Under the pieces are notes generated by a model. That model searched no databases. It was not told where the DNA came from and saw nothing but the letters and a program-made list of their open reading frames with translations. A DNA stretch of 64,000 nucleotides, taken from positions 193,335 through 257,334 of the forward strand of contig OZ220480.1 in NCBI GenBank assembly GCA_965116025.1, given 5' to 3'. Below, in pieces: positions 20,876-29,975 of the stretch. The position numbers were made by a program, and so were the translations under genes. Numbering within the stretch: the first letter of the stretch is position 1; the number at the start of each line of letters is the position of its first letter. Source of the stretch: an uncultured candidatus Porisulfidus sp. (lineage in GTDB: Bacteria > Pseudomonadota > Gammaproteobacteria > Poriferisulfidales > Poriferisulfidaceae).

Positions 20876-21786
20876 ATCGGCGGGAGCCTTGTGGCTGGCT
20901 ACTGCTGGACAAGCCGATCGGCCTGAGCTCGGCCCACGCCGTGGCCCGCGTCAAGCGCGCTTTTCAAGCGCGGCGCGCTGGCCACGCGGGCACTCTCGAC
21001 CCACTGGCGAGTGGTCTTTTGGCGATTGCGCTGGGTCCGGCCACGCGCTGGTGCGCCTACCTGCTGGACGCCCCGAAATCTTACCGGTTCACGATCCGCC
21101 TAGGGCAGACCACGGACAGTCACGATGCGGAAAGCCTTGCGCGCACGGTCCCGCCCGAAGTTGACATTCCTTCACTAAATCAAGACGATATCAAGGCTTT
21201 GCTGGCTCGCTTCACCGGGACCATCCAACAGGTTCCGCCGATGTTCTCCGCGCTCCACAGCGGGGGGCGGCGCCTGTACGAGCTGGCCCGCGAGGGCAAG
21301 GAGGTCGCTCGACCCGCCCGCGCCGTGCGGATCGATCATCTACGCTTGGTCCGGGACCGCGGGGAGGAGTGGGATCTGGAAGTCCGCTGCGGCAAGGGCA
21401 CGTATGTGCGCTCGCTCGCCCACGATATTGGCCAAACCTTGGGTTGCGGAGCTTATGTGAGCCGGTTGCGCCGCTCGGGACTCGGCTCCTTCGACGAATC
21501 GCGGGCTGTTAGCCTTGAGTGGATCGAGAGAGACTCGCGCGAGGGTCGCGAGGCGCGCTTGCTACCAGCGGATGCGGCGTTGCCGGAATGGCCGATTCGC
21601 GTCTGCGCGGCGGACGAGGAGCGCGCTTTGCGCGCCGGGAAACAGGTCACGCTTGAAGGGCCTGCGGGGTTCTGGAAACTGGTGGACGCGCGCGGGCGGT
21701 TCTTCGGCGTGGCTGAATCGCGGGACGCGGGGCGGCTTCAGCCGCGCCGCCTGATGACGATGCCAGAAGATTCGGTACAATCGTGA
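20872..21786 (+). CDS. truB: tRNA pseudouridine(55) synthase TruB
   Basis: GWLLLDKPIGLSSAHAV...AGHAGTLDPLASGLL (catalytic Asp) with a C-terminal PUA-like region. The start overlaps the rbfA stop. Confidence 0.85.
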   Translation: MNRREPCGWLLLDKPIGLSSAHAVARVKRAFQARRAGHAGTLDPLASGLLAIALGPATRWCAYLLDAPKSYRFTIRLGQTTDSHDAESLARTVPPEVDIPSLNQDDIKALLARFTGTIQQVPPMFSALHSGGRRLYELAREGKEVARPARAVRIDHLRLVRDRGEEWDLEVRCGKGTYVRSLAHDIGQTLGCGAYVSRLRRSGLGSFDESRAVSLEWIERDSREGREARLLPADAALPEWPIRVCAADEERALRAGKQVTLEGPAGFWKLVDARGRFFGVAESRDAGRLQPRRLMTMPEDSVQS

Positions 21787-21805
21787 AACTGGAGGTGTAG
21801 CCGCT

Positions 21806-22729
21806 ATGGACGAAAAAGAATCCGCCTTGGTCGTCGCGGTCCGGGAACTAACCGTCGAGACCCGCCGGGCCCGACGCTGGCGGACCGCGTTTGGGCTGTT
21901 ACCGGTTTTGGTTCTGTTTTTAGTGCTGCTCGCGGTTCTTGGAAACGAGACTTCCCTGCCGAGCCAGAGTCCGCACTCCGCCCGGATCGACGTGTCCGGT
22001 TTGATCGCGCCCCAAGCCCCGGCAGGCTCGGAGTTCGTGAACCAGTCGTTGCGGGCCGCGTTCGAGGAAGATCTGGCGAAAGGGGTGATTCTGTGGATCA
22101 ACAGCCCCGGAGGGTCCCCGGTACAGGCGGATCGCATAGCCGTGGAGATCCAGAAGTTGAAAGCGGAATACCCAAGCAAGAAAATCTACGCGGTGGTCGA
22201 GGATCTGTGCGCCTCCGCCGCGTACTACATTGCCGTCGCGACGGACGAGATCTATGTGAACGAGAGCAGTCTGGTCGGCTCTATCGGGGTGATCGCTAGT
22301 GGGTTCGGCTTGGTAGATCTGATACGGGAGTGGGGCATCGAGCGGCGCGTGATCACGTCCGGGCGCCACAAGGCGATGTTGGACCCGTTTCTACCAATGG
22401 ATCCGGAAGCCGAGGCGCATCTGCAGGCGATAGTGGACGAGGTCCATGGGCAGTTCCGGGATATCGTCAAGGAAGCGCGGGGGGATCGCTTGGTCGCGTC
22501 AGACGAGACGCTGTTCGATGGACGGATCTGGACGGGCGATCAGGCTTGGGAAATGGGGCTGGTGGATGGATTCTCGGATGTCGAGCGAGTCGCGCGCGAG
22601 TTGATCGGTGCCGAGGATGTGGTGGATTACACCTACGAGCCGGATCTTTTGGAGCGCTTCGCGGATCGAGTCGGGACCCGCGTTGGCCAGATCATGGAGG
22701 CCTGGTCGCGCGCGCCCGTCAGATTCTAG
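21806..22729 (+). CDS. sppA: Signal peptide peptidase SppA (S49 family, short 36K type)
   Basis: N-terminal TM segment, then GVILWINSPGGS and SAAYYIAVATDEIYVNESSLVGSIGV, typical of S49 peptidases. Confidence 0.75.
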   Translation: MDEKESALVVAVRELTVETRRARRWRTAFGLLPVLVLFLVLLAVLGNETSLPSQSPHSARIDVSGLIAPQAPAGSEFVNQSLRAAFEEDLAKGVILWINSPGGSPVQADRIAVEIQKLKAEYPSKKIYAVVEDLCASAAYYIAVATDEIYVNESSLVGSIGVIASGFGLVDLIREWGIERRVITSGRHKAMLDPFLPMDPEAEAHLQAIVDEVHGQFRDIVKEARGDRLVASDETLFDGRIWTGDQAWEMGLVDGFSDVERVARELIGAEDVVDYTYEPDLLERFADRVGTRVGQIMEAWSRAPVRF

Positions 22730-23382
22730 TCCGAGCCGGGAATCTCGAGCCCGGCATCCTGAAGCAACTCGATCAGGCGGATCATCGGCAACCCAATCAG
22801 AGCGGTCGGGTCGTCGCCTATGATGTGATCCGTGAGGCTGGCTCCCAGTCCCTCGGATCTGAAACTCGCGGTGCAGTTGTATGGCCTCTCGCTTCGCAGG
22901 TAACGCTTGATTACGTCCTCGCTCAATTCCTTGTAACGTACCGTGTGGCGGGACTCGGAGTAGCGGCATACGCCGGCGCTGGTGTCCAGAAGGCATAGAC
23001 CGGTCAGGAAAGCCACCTCCTGCCCGCTGAGCTGGCGTAGTTGCTCCACGGCCGCGCCATGCGTTCCCGGCTTGCCCAGCAACTTCCCGCTTAGCTCCGC
23101 GCACTGGTCGCTACTGATTATCAGGGAATCCGGGTGTCGGACCCCAACCTCCGCGGCCTTCTCATGGGCGAGCCGTCGCACGTAGTCCGAAACCCTCTCG
23201 CCTAGCCGCGGGGTCTCGTCGATATCGGGCGCGTCCACCGTGAAGTCTAGGCGCAAGCGTTCAAGAAGTTCTCGACGATAAGGAGAGCTGCTACCGAGCA
23301 CGAGAGGACGCGTCGCCGCCATTTCGATCATCATGGCGAGAGACCGACAGGATTTTCGTTGGACAGCGGAGCTCGGTTCCAT
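22726..23382 (-). CDS. maf: Maf-like nucleoside-triphosphate pyrophosphatase; true start probably the MMIEM/MAATRP Met near 23330
   Basis: LVLGSSSPYRRELLERLRLDFTVDAPDIDE...LLGKPGTHGAAVEQL is collinear with the Maf/YhdE family. Confidence 0.75.
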   Translation of the reverse strand: MEPSSAVQRKSCRSLAMMIEMAATRPLVLGSSSPYRRELLERLRLDFTVDAPDIDETPRLGERVSDYVRRLAHEKAAEVGVRHPDSLIISSDQCAELSGKLLGKPGTHGAAVEQLRQLSGQEVAFLTGLCLLDTSAGVCRYSESRHTVRYKELSEDVIKRYLRSERPYNCTASFRSEGLGASLTDHIIGDDPTALIGLPMIRLIELLQDAGLEIPGSD

Positions 23383-24968
23383 CGCGCGTCTCGCTTCCGG
23401 TCTGGATTCGCGATTACGTGCAAGTAGGAAGTGGCGCGGCTAAACCCGACGTAAGCGAATCGGTCTGGACTCTCTCCAGAAGGTCGGTCGAGCACCACGA
23501 CCACCGCGAGGGATTCCAGTCCCTTAAAACGAGCGATCGTCTCGGTCACGATGCCATCGGCATCATACTGGCAAAAAACAGTGTCGGATACATCCATATC
23601 GAGGAGGCGATTCCGGAGAGACGGCGTTTCGCAAAGCACGACAATATCCTGCCGTTCAAAGTTCTCGGACAATAGGCGGTCAACGACTCGGCGTACGATC
23701 TTTTCTGGTTTCTGGGAAGGCTGGAGGTCCGTCCAGCGGGGTTTCGGACCGGATGCCCCGGAAGCGAGCGTGGTCGCCCCAGTGGTAGCCGCGACTCGCT
23801 CGGCGATCGGTTGCGCGTTTCGGCAGTTCATGGACAAATCGATCATCACGAAACCTTCGGGCGTGTCCCAGTCCCTTTCCCACAGTTTTTGGTCCTCATC
23901 CGCCAAAATCAGGAACGGAGTGTCCGAACCCCTTTCGCAAAGCGTCTGGAGCGCCTCGAGCCAAAGGCTGGAAAAGTCTTGGCCCTCATCAACGATGATC
24001 GCGTCGAATCGCGCGCCCGCCCGCTCCGCCGCGTCAACGAGAATATAAGGCACTTCCTTCTCCCACCATTCCGCTTGAGGCGCGTCGGGAACCTCGACTC
24101 CGGCCTGGCGCGCCGTGGACATGCATAAGGCATGAAACGTGTGCGCCGCAACCCCCTCCAAGGAGGGGTCGTCCCCGAGTTTTTGACCAAGCAGTTTGTT
24201 GTAGCAGGTCAGCAGCACTCGATGACCCGACGCGTGAAGTTGCCTCGCTTTCTCGCAAGCGAGAATCGTTTTTCCTGTGCCAGCCCCACCGAACACGACG
24301 ACTCGCCGATTCCGGCGCATCATGTCAAGAACCCGAATCTGCTCCTCGGTCAAATTCACAAGGCGGACCTTGGCATCGTGCGCCTCATCAGACAGGGTTC
24401 GCCGAACCTGGACGGTAGGCGCCAAGGCGTTAGCGATATCTTGGACTTGACGGAAGGATAAATCCGCGGAAAGCCGCCAATGAAGAACTACATCGCGAAT
24501 GGCGGAAGGCGCGTCCGTCAAATGGCCCGCGTCCAACGCGATCGCTTTCGGGGCATCTGGACCCAACAACGGCAATTCCCGCAAGTCAGGGAACCAAACG
24601 GCATGGCACGTCGGAACGCGACGCTCGAATCGCTCCGCTATGAACCGACCCAGAGCGGCCTTGGACGCTACCGCCTGCTCAAACGGGTTTTTGATGTCGT
24701 GGACTTCCTCGTTTCGGTCCCGGGACTTCCAACGTCCGGCTTCGACGTGGACTCCTCCGCCCTTCACCTCAAGCACGACGATCCCATGCGACCGATGAAT
24801 CAGGACAAAATCCGCTTCTCCGTCGCCGGTCCGTCGCCCGCGCGGGCCCTGCCAAGCGACGGAGTGAAGCACCGTCCAATCATCGGATAGCGTAGACAGC
24901 GCGTCGTAGACCTTCCGTTCCGAATCGGCATCGACTCCGACTGTGGGGCAGGCGAATGTGATGGCCAT
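23331..24968 (-). CDS. NERD-domain protein fused to UvrD/AAA_30-like DNA helicase
   Basis: N-terminal NERD-like segment (DALSTLSDDWTVLHSVAWQ...EADFVLIHRSHGIVVLEVKGG). Helicase motif I VVVFGGAGTGKT, motif II DAIIVDEGQDF, and C-terminal YVGFSRATSYLHVIAN. ATG at 24968 (MAITFACP). GC is visibly lower than the core. Confidence 0.65.
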   Translation of the reverse strand: MAITFACPTVGVDADSERKVYDALSTLSDDWTVLHSVAWQGPRGRRTGDGEADFVLIHRSHGIVVLEVKGGGVHVEAGRWKSRDRNEEVHDIKNPFEQAVASKAALGRFIAERFERRVPTCHAVWFPDLRELPLLGPDAPKAIALDAGHLTDAPSAIRDVVLHWRLSADLSFRQVQDIANALAPTVQVRRTLSDEAHDAKVRLVNLTEEQIRVLDMMRRNRRVVVFGGAGTGKTILACEKARQLHASGHRVLLTCYNKLLGQKLGDDPSLEGVAAHTFHALCMSTARQAGVEVPDAPQAEWWEKEVPYILVDAAERAGARFDAIIVDEGQDFSSLWLEALQTLCERGSDTPFLILADEDQKLWERDWDTPEGFVMIDLSMNCRNAQPIAERVAATTGATTLASGASGPKPRWTDLQPSQKPEKIVRRVVDRLLSENFERQDIVVLCETPSLRNRLLDMDVSDTVFCQYDADGIVTETIARFKGLESLAVVVVLDRPSGESPDRFAYVGFSRATSYLHVIANPDRKRDARWNRAPLSNENPVGLSP

Positions 24969-25438
24969 GACCGTGGCGTTTCCGTTCGACTCCGGCTCAC
25001 CCGAAGTCAATCATGAATTCGATCAAGAGCGCGCGCCAAGGGCCGCGGTCAGATTCCGGAAAACTTGAGGAATCAATAGTTCGCCAAGAGGTCTTGAACG
25101 TCGACTTGAAGTCAAGCAAGCCCGGCGTGCCCGGAAAAAGAAAGATATCGCGTCTTGAGCCATGCTCGAGATGGAAATCCCTCCTTCTTGCGGCATTTCA
25201 CTCGGGGTGGTTTCTTTCGGGATAGGAAAAGGCAAAGTGCCAACATGTTACTCAATAGATCGCTGGCGTTTCTCCGGCTCTACGGCGTTGGCCGCGAAAG
25301 GACCAGATCATGTGAAAGAGGGATCAAAGCTGGGTGGGAAATACAAACGAACGCATAGCCGAGTCTCTAACTCGTGATGCGTGGTCGATTATAAATCACG
25401 CGCGATCATCATGAGCGCGGACGCGCTCGATATCCAAA

Positions 25439-27268
25439 TTGGCCCGAGCACGGGATTCCGTAGCAATCTCATTTCTAATCCCATTGACGCTGCTGGCGGC
25501 GTCGCTGTCGGCGCTGTCGCTGTCGGCGCGGGCGGAGACGATCAACCTGTACGGGTGGCAGAACCACTCGTGGGAGTTCGTGGACATCGACGGCGGGCGC
25601 AGCTTCGACCGCATTCAGTCGAACGCCGGGAACATCGGCTTCTCGGCCAGCGTGGACACCGGCATGAGCGACATAAAGGTGAACCTGCAGTGCGAGCAGT
25701 TCACCTACTACAACCACTTCGCCGGCGGCACCGGCTGGTGCAACCGCAACTCCAAGATCGGGCTGGCGCATCCGATGGCCGGCGAGATCATGTTCGCCAC
25801 CTGGCTGCTGCCGTACAACGAGGGCGTGGCCCAATGGGTGGACCCGTTCTACGACGCCGGGGCCGACTCGCACACCAGCATCATGGGCTCGGTCGGGGCC
25901 AACACCATCTTCTACAACACCGGCGACTTCGACCAGCAGGCGTCGGCGTCCAATCCTGGCACTGGCTTCTCCGGCAACGAGTTCAACTACGCCGGGGGCG
26001 GCTACGACACCGGCTTCAACCGGCGCCAGGAGAACATCATCCAGTACTGGTCGCCGAACTGGAACGGCTTCGTGTTCCGCTTCGCCTGGACGGCCGGCAA
26101 TCGCGACGAGACCCACGCGCTCAAGGACGCCAAAGGTAATTACGCGGCCGGCCCCAAGATCGACCCGGTGATCCGCTCGAGCAGCCTGGCGTACACGAAC
26201 GGCCCGCTGTGGCTGGCGGCGACCTGGCAGGACCACGAGGACTGGACGGCGGTCTCGGTCGGGGAGATGGAGAGCTCGGACGCGGAGAGCTTCCGTCTGG
26301 CCGGGCGCTACATCATGGACCTGGGCGACGGCATGAGCGTTCAATTGTCCGCCATGTGGGAGACCTTGGAGTACGAGTTCCACGGCGTGACCACCATCGA
26401 TAAGGCCATGAAGGCGTTCGGGTATGGGAATTTCATGGATTCTTACGAGTTGAGCGTCACGGATGCGGAGATAATGAAGAAGAAGACCCAAGGGCTGGCG
26501 CTCGATATCTTGACGGATGAGAAGGGCATGCTGATTCCTATGGGGGACACGGCGCGGGGTTTATATGGGGAGCAGGTTAAAACCACTATGAGCCTGTACA
26601 CCGCATACATGGGTGAGATAGACACCGTAACCTCCACCAGCTTGAACTTGGTCGCTGAACGCAGAACTGTGGTCGACTGGAACGACTATTACAAAGAGGC
26701 GCCTGATAATCCTGTTAAAGTCAGCACTACCGCCATGCGAACCGGGTCCCAAAATGTCATGCTTTTCACGACCATGCTGAGCACGACTACGCTGAACGCG
26801 GCCAAAACGGCCGCGGAGGAGGCCAAAAAGAAGGATATGGATGATCGAACGGGCGAGGACAAATCGAAAATCAAGTTCTATGACGACCTGGTCTCGATGG
26901 CGAAATCCCGAGCCCGCGACGAGAAGAGCATGGGCGGGAACGTGAAGATCGAGCGAGACGCCTGGATGGTGTCGGGCAAGATCAAGTTCGGCGGCCCGCT
27001 GGACTTCCGCTTCTCCTACATGGACGCCGACGACCTGGAACTGTCGTGCAACTACTGCATGGGAGACTGGGACGAGACGGCGGCGGACGCCTGGAACGTC
27101 GGGGTGTTCTACACGATGCCGGCGGGGACCGAGCTGCGGCTGACGTATTCGGAAGTCAACAACGACGACAACGGGACCTACGGGCAGGGCATCTCGGGGA
27201 CTGGCTTGGGAGTGGCTGGCGCGGAGATCGAGATGTTCGCGCTGGGGATCGTGCACTGGTTCGACTGA
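25439..27268 (+). CDS. Porin-like OMP copy C (N-block type 2, insert type alpha, tail VAGAE)
   Basis: 609 aa. The insert is near-identical to copy A but the N-block differs (SNPGTGFSGNEFNYAGGGY...HALKDAKGNYAAGPKIDP). There is no ATG at the conserved ctaatcc position; the first possible start is the TTG at 25439. Confidence 0.75.
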   Translation: MARARDSVAISFLIPLTLLAASLSALSLSARAETINLYGWQNHSWEFVDIDGGRSFDRIQSNAGNIGFSASVDTGMSDIKVNLQCEQFTYYNHFAGGTGWCNRNSKIGLAHPMAGEIMFATWLLPYNEGVAQWVDPFYDAGADSHTSIMGSVGANTIFYNTGDFDQQASASNPGTGFSGNEFNYAGGGYDTGFNRRQENIIQYWSPNWNGFVFRFAWTAGNRDETHALKDAKGNYAAGPKIDPVIRSSSLAYTNGPLWLAATWQDHEDWTAVSVGEMESSDAESFRLAGRYIMDLGDGMSVQLSAMWETLEYEFHGVTTIDKAMKAFGYGNFMDSYELSVTDAEIMKKKTQGLALDILTDEKGMLIPMGDTARGLYGEQVKTTMSLYTAYMGEIDTVTSTSLNLVAERRTVVDWNDYYKEAPDNPVKVSTTAMRTGSQNVMLFTTMLSTTTLNAAKTAAEEAKKKDMDDRTGEDKSKIKFYDDLVSMAKSRARDEKSMGGNVKIERDAWMVSGKIKFGGPLDFRFSYMDADDLELSCNYCMGDWDETAADAWNVGVFYTMPAGTELRLTYSEVNNDDNGTYGQGISGTGLGVAGAEIEMFALGIVHWFD

Positions 27269-27289
27269 CCCTTCGTCATCCACGAAGCG

Positions 27290-27320
27290 AGCGGGCGCCC
27301 TCGGGCGCCCGCTTTCTTGT
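27290..27320 (+). terminator. Rho-independent terminator of copy C
   Basis: agcgggcgcc-ctcg-ggcgcccgct followed by ttcttgt. Confidence 0.7.
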
Positions 27321-27842
27321 GGGCTCAGGAATTCCTGACAGGTCCGCCACCAGGCGGGACCAAGACGATGGCCAGCCTCGAGACCGAGACGGACCCGCTT
27401 CGGACTACCCCCCGAATGCTTGGAGTGGCTCCACGGAAGCCGTGAGGGAAACTCCGGTTTCAGGCTTTCATCAAAGACTGTGCACCCGATATTCTTGAGA
27501 AAGGAGTTCCGGGGACCGATGGACTTGTGAAAGCCTTGGTTCACCCACCGCGCGAGCGAGACGCGTCGCGCGAAGTCCACTCGATCAAGGGCGATGGCCC
27601 TCTCGCTCTTTTCCTCCCCGAGGCGCGCGCTGACCCGAACCCTCCGGTTTCCCGCCGCCTCGCCTGGATTCCAGCTATACCGAGAATTCTCGGTCCTCCA
27701 TCACTTTGTCGTGGATTGGGTCATCCCGATCTCGCCCGCCGCGAGCGAATGGCCTTCCGAGCGTGTGGCGGGCGCGGCGAAGCCAGGTCTCGCGCCGCCG
27801 GCGCTGGCCCGACTCCCGATCTGGCCGCGAAACGCCGGATCC

Positions 27843-27873
27843 AAAGAAAGCGGGCGCCCGAAGGCGCCCGCTC
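27843..27873 (-). terminator. Rho-independent terminator of copy D
   Basis: aaagaaagcgggcgcccgaaggcgcccgctc on the plus strand, a mirror of the copy-C terminator. Confidence 0.7.
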
Positions 27874-27894
27874 GCTGTCGTGAATGACGAAGGG

Positions 27895-29802
27895 TCAGTC
27901 GAACCAGTGCACGATCCCCAGCGCGAACATCTCGATCTCCGCCCCCGGCGTCCCCAGGCCAGTCCCCGAGATGCCCTGCCCGTAGGTCCCGTTGTCGTCG
28001 TTGTTGACTTCCGAATACGTCAGCCGCAGCTCGGTCCCCGCCGGCATCGTGTAGAACACCCCGACGTTCCAGGCGTCCGCCGCCGTCTCGTCCCAGTCTC
28101 CCATGCAGTAGTTGCATGACAGCTCCAGGTCGTCGGCGTCCATGTAGGAGAAGCGGAAGTCCAGCGGGCCGCCGAACTTGATCTTGCCCGACACCATCCA
28201 GGCGTCCCGCTCGATCTTCACGCTCGACCCCATGGTCTGCTCCAGCTTGGCGGCAGCATATTTTTCCTTGCCCTCCTCGTATGCCGTCATGGCATCGTCG
28301 TAGGCTTTCTTAGCCTCGTTGTACTTCTCGTCATATGGCCTCATGGCCTCCTCCTTGACCTTCGCCACGTATTCCTTGTACCAGTCAGCGCCTGTTTTGT
28401 CGCCCGAATATTTCGTGGTCGATGTCTTTAAAGTATTCAGTGTCGTGGAGCTCAGTTTGGTGGTAACGAGCGTTCGCAGCGCCTGATCCGTTCCTATAGT
28501 GTTAAGTCTATAGTATTGAACCAGCTTTCTCCGATGTACGAGGCCAGAACCCCATTGCGCTAGCTCTGTGTGGAAGCTGCCTTGGAGAGTACTTAATTCC
28601 TTGGGCACCGCGATATTACTGAGGCTTGATGTCGCGCTCTTGCTATCCACTGGAATGGTCCGCCAGTACCCGCTCTCGTCAAGCAACATCTCCATCGCAA
28701 GCCCTTGGGTCATCTGCGCGTCGATCTCGGCTTGGGTGGCCATCCCTCGTTCAGGCTTCGTCGTGGTCGGCTTCGTCGGCATGTCCATGTCGGCGGGGGC
28801 CATGACCTTCATGTCGTAGTAGGTCTTCTCGAAATGGTTGATGTTGGGATCGGTGCCGCCGTACCCGAACGCCTTCATGGCCTTGTTAATGTCGGTCACG
28901 CCGTGGAACTCGTACTCCAAAGTCTCCCACATGGCCGACAATTGAACGCTCATGCCGTCGCCCAGGTCCATGATGTAGCGCCCGGCCAGACGGAAGCTCT
29001 CCGCGTCCGAGCTCTCCATCTCCCCGACCGAGACCGCCGTCCAGTCCTCGTGGTCCTGCCAGGTCGCCGCCAGCCACAGCGGGCCGTTCGTGTACGCCAG
29101 GCTGCTCGAGCGGATCACCGGGTCGATCTTGGGGCCGGCCGCGTACTTGCCCTCGGCGTTCTTGAGCGCGTGGGTCTCGTCGCGATTGCCGGCCGTCCAG
29201 GCGAAGCGGAACACGAAGCCGTTCCAGTTCGGCGACCAGTACTGGATGATGTTCTCCTGGCGCCGGTTGAAGCCGGTGTCGTAGCCGCCCCCGGCGTAGT
29301 TGAACTCGTTGCCGGAGAAGCCAGTGCCAGGATTGGACGCCGACGCCTGCTGGTCGAAGTCGCCGGTGTTGTAGAAGATGGTGTTGGCCCCGACCGAGCC
29401 CATGATGCTGGTGTGCGAGTCGGCCCCGGCGTCGTAGAACGGGTCCACCCACTGGGCCACGCCCTCGTTGTACGGCAGCAGCCAGGTGGCGAACATGATC
29501 TCGCCGGCCATCGGGTGCGCCAGCCCGATCTTGGAGTTGCGGTTGCACCAGCCGGTGCCGCCGGCGAAGTGGTTGTAGTAGGTGAACTGCTCGCACTGCA
29601 GGTTCACCTTTATGTCGCTCATGCCGGTGTCCACGCTGGCCGAGAAGCCGATGTTCCCGGCGTTCGACTGGATGCGGTCGAAGCTGCGCCCGCCGTCGAT
29701 GTCCACGAACTCCCACGAGTGGTTCTGCCACCCGTACAGGTTGATCGTCTCCGCCCGCGCCGACAGCGACAGCGCCGACAGCGACGCCGCCAGCAGCGTC
29801 AA
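27895..29802 (-). CDS. Porin-like OMP copy D (N-block type 2, insert type beta-long, tail TPGAE); ORF is open upstream to 29973 with no in-frame ATG
   Basis: The conserved block starts ...EEIPFLIPLTLLAASLSALSLSARAETINLYGW. The insert shares TDINKAMKAFGYGGTDPNINHFEKTYYDMKVMAPADMDMPTKPT with copy B and then diverges into a longer cassette. The coordinate 29802 corresponds to the TTG at the LTLL position used for E, G and H. Confidence 0.7.
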   Translation of the reverse strand: MTLLAASLSALSLSARAETINLYGWQNHSWEFVDIDGGRSFDRIQSNAGNIGFSASVDTGMSDIKVNLQCEQFTYYNHFAGGTGWCNRNSKIGLAHPMAGEIMFATWLLPYNEGVAQWVDPFYDAGADSHTSIMGSVGANTIFYNTGDFDQQASASNPGTGFSGNEFNYAGGGYDTGFNRRQENIIQYWSPNWNGFVFRFAWTAGNRDETHALKNAEGKYAAGPKIDPVIRSSSLAYTNGPLWLAATWQDHEDWTAVSVGEMESSDAESFRLAGRYIMDLGDGMSVQLSAMWETLEYEFHGVTDINKAMKAFGYGGTDPNINHFEKTYYDMKVMAPADMDMPTKPTTTKPERGMATQAEIDAQMTQGLAMEMLLDESGYWRTIPVDSKSATSSLSNIAVPKELSTLQGSFHTELAQWGSGLVHRRKLVQYYRLNTIGTDQALRTLVTTKLSSTTLNTLKTSTTKYSGDKTGADWYKEYVAKVKEEAMRPYDEKYNEAKKAYDDAMTAYEEGKEKYAAAKLEQTMGSSVKIERDAWMVSGKIKFGGPLDFRFSYMDADDLELSCNYCMGDWDETAADAWNVGVFYTMPAGTELRLTYSEVNNDDNGTYGQGISGTGLGTPGAEIEMFALGIVHWFD

Positions 29803-29975
29803 TGGGATTAGAAATGGTATCTCCTCGAAATCCCAATCCCACCGAGAACCATGATGACCATGCGCCCCAAGACTCCGCCCAAGAGACCGTGGAAACCGAA
29901 ATCCACCGATCCCCGGAGCATGGGAAACTGAGACGAAACCATGGCTGATTCTGAAACTTCGGGATGACTCCAACT

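Larger units (their letters stand above)
27269..27894. repeat. Convergent-pair spacer, copy 2 of 4
   Basis: It shares ggctcaggaattcctgacaggtccgccaccaggcgggaccaagacgatggccagcctcgagaccgagacggacccgcttcgg with spacer 4, and its right half with all spacers. Confidence 0.75.

Noticed and set aside
25013-25438. Small ORFs (25013-25225, 25155-25358, 25162-25377) between the NERD-helicase and porin C
   Set aside because: No recognisable motifs. They lie in a lower-GC intergenic or promoter region, each under 72 aa, and overlap one another in different frames.
27895-29973. The 692-aa extended version of porin copy D
   Set aside because: The extra 57 N-terminal residues (MESSRSFRISHGFVSVSHAPG...) have no counterpart in any other copy, start at a TTG abutting the IS4 end, and contain no ATG. 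The conserved gene body begins at ...IPFLIPLTLL.
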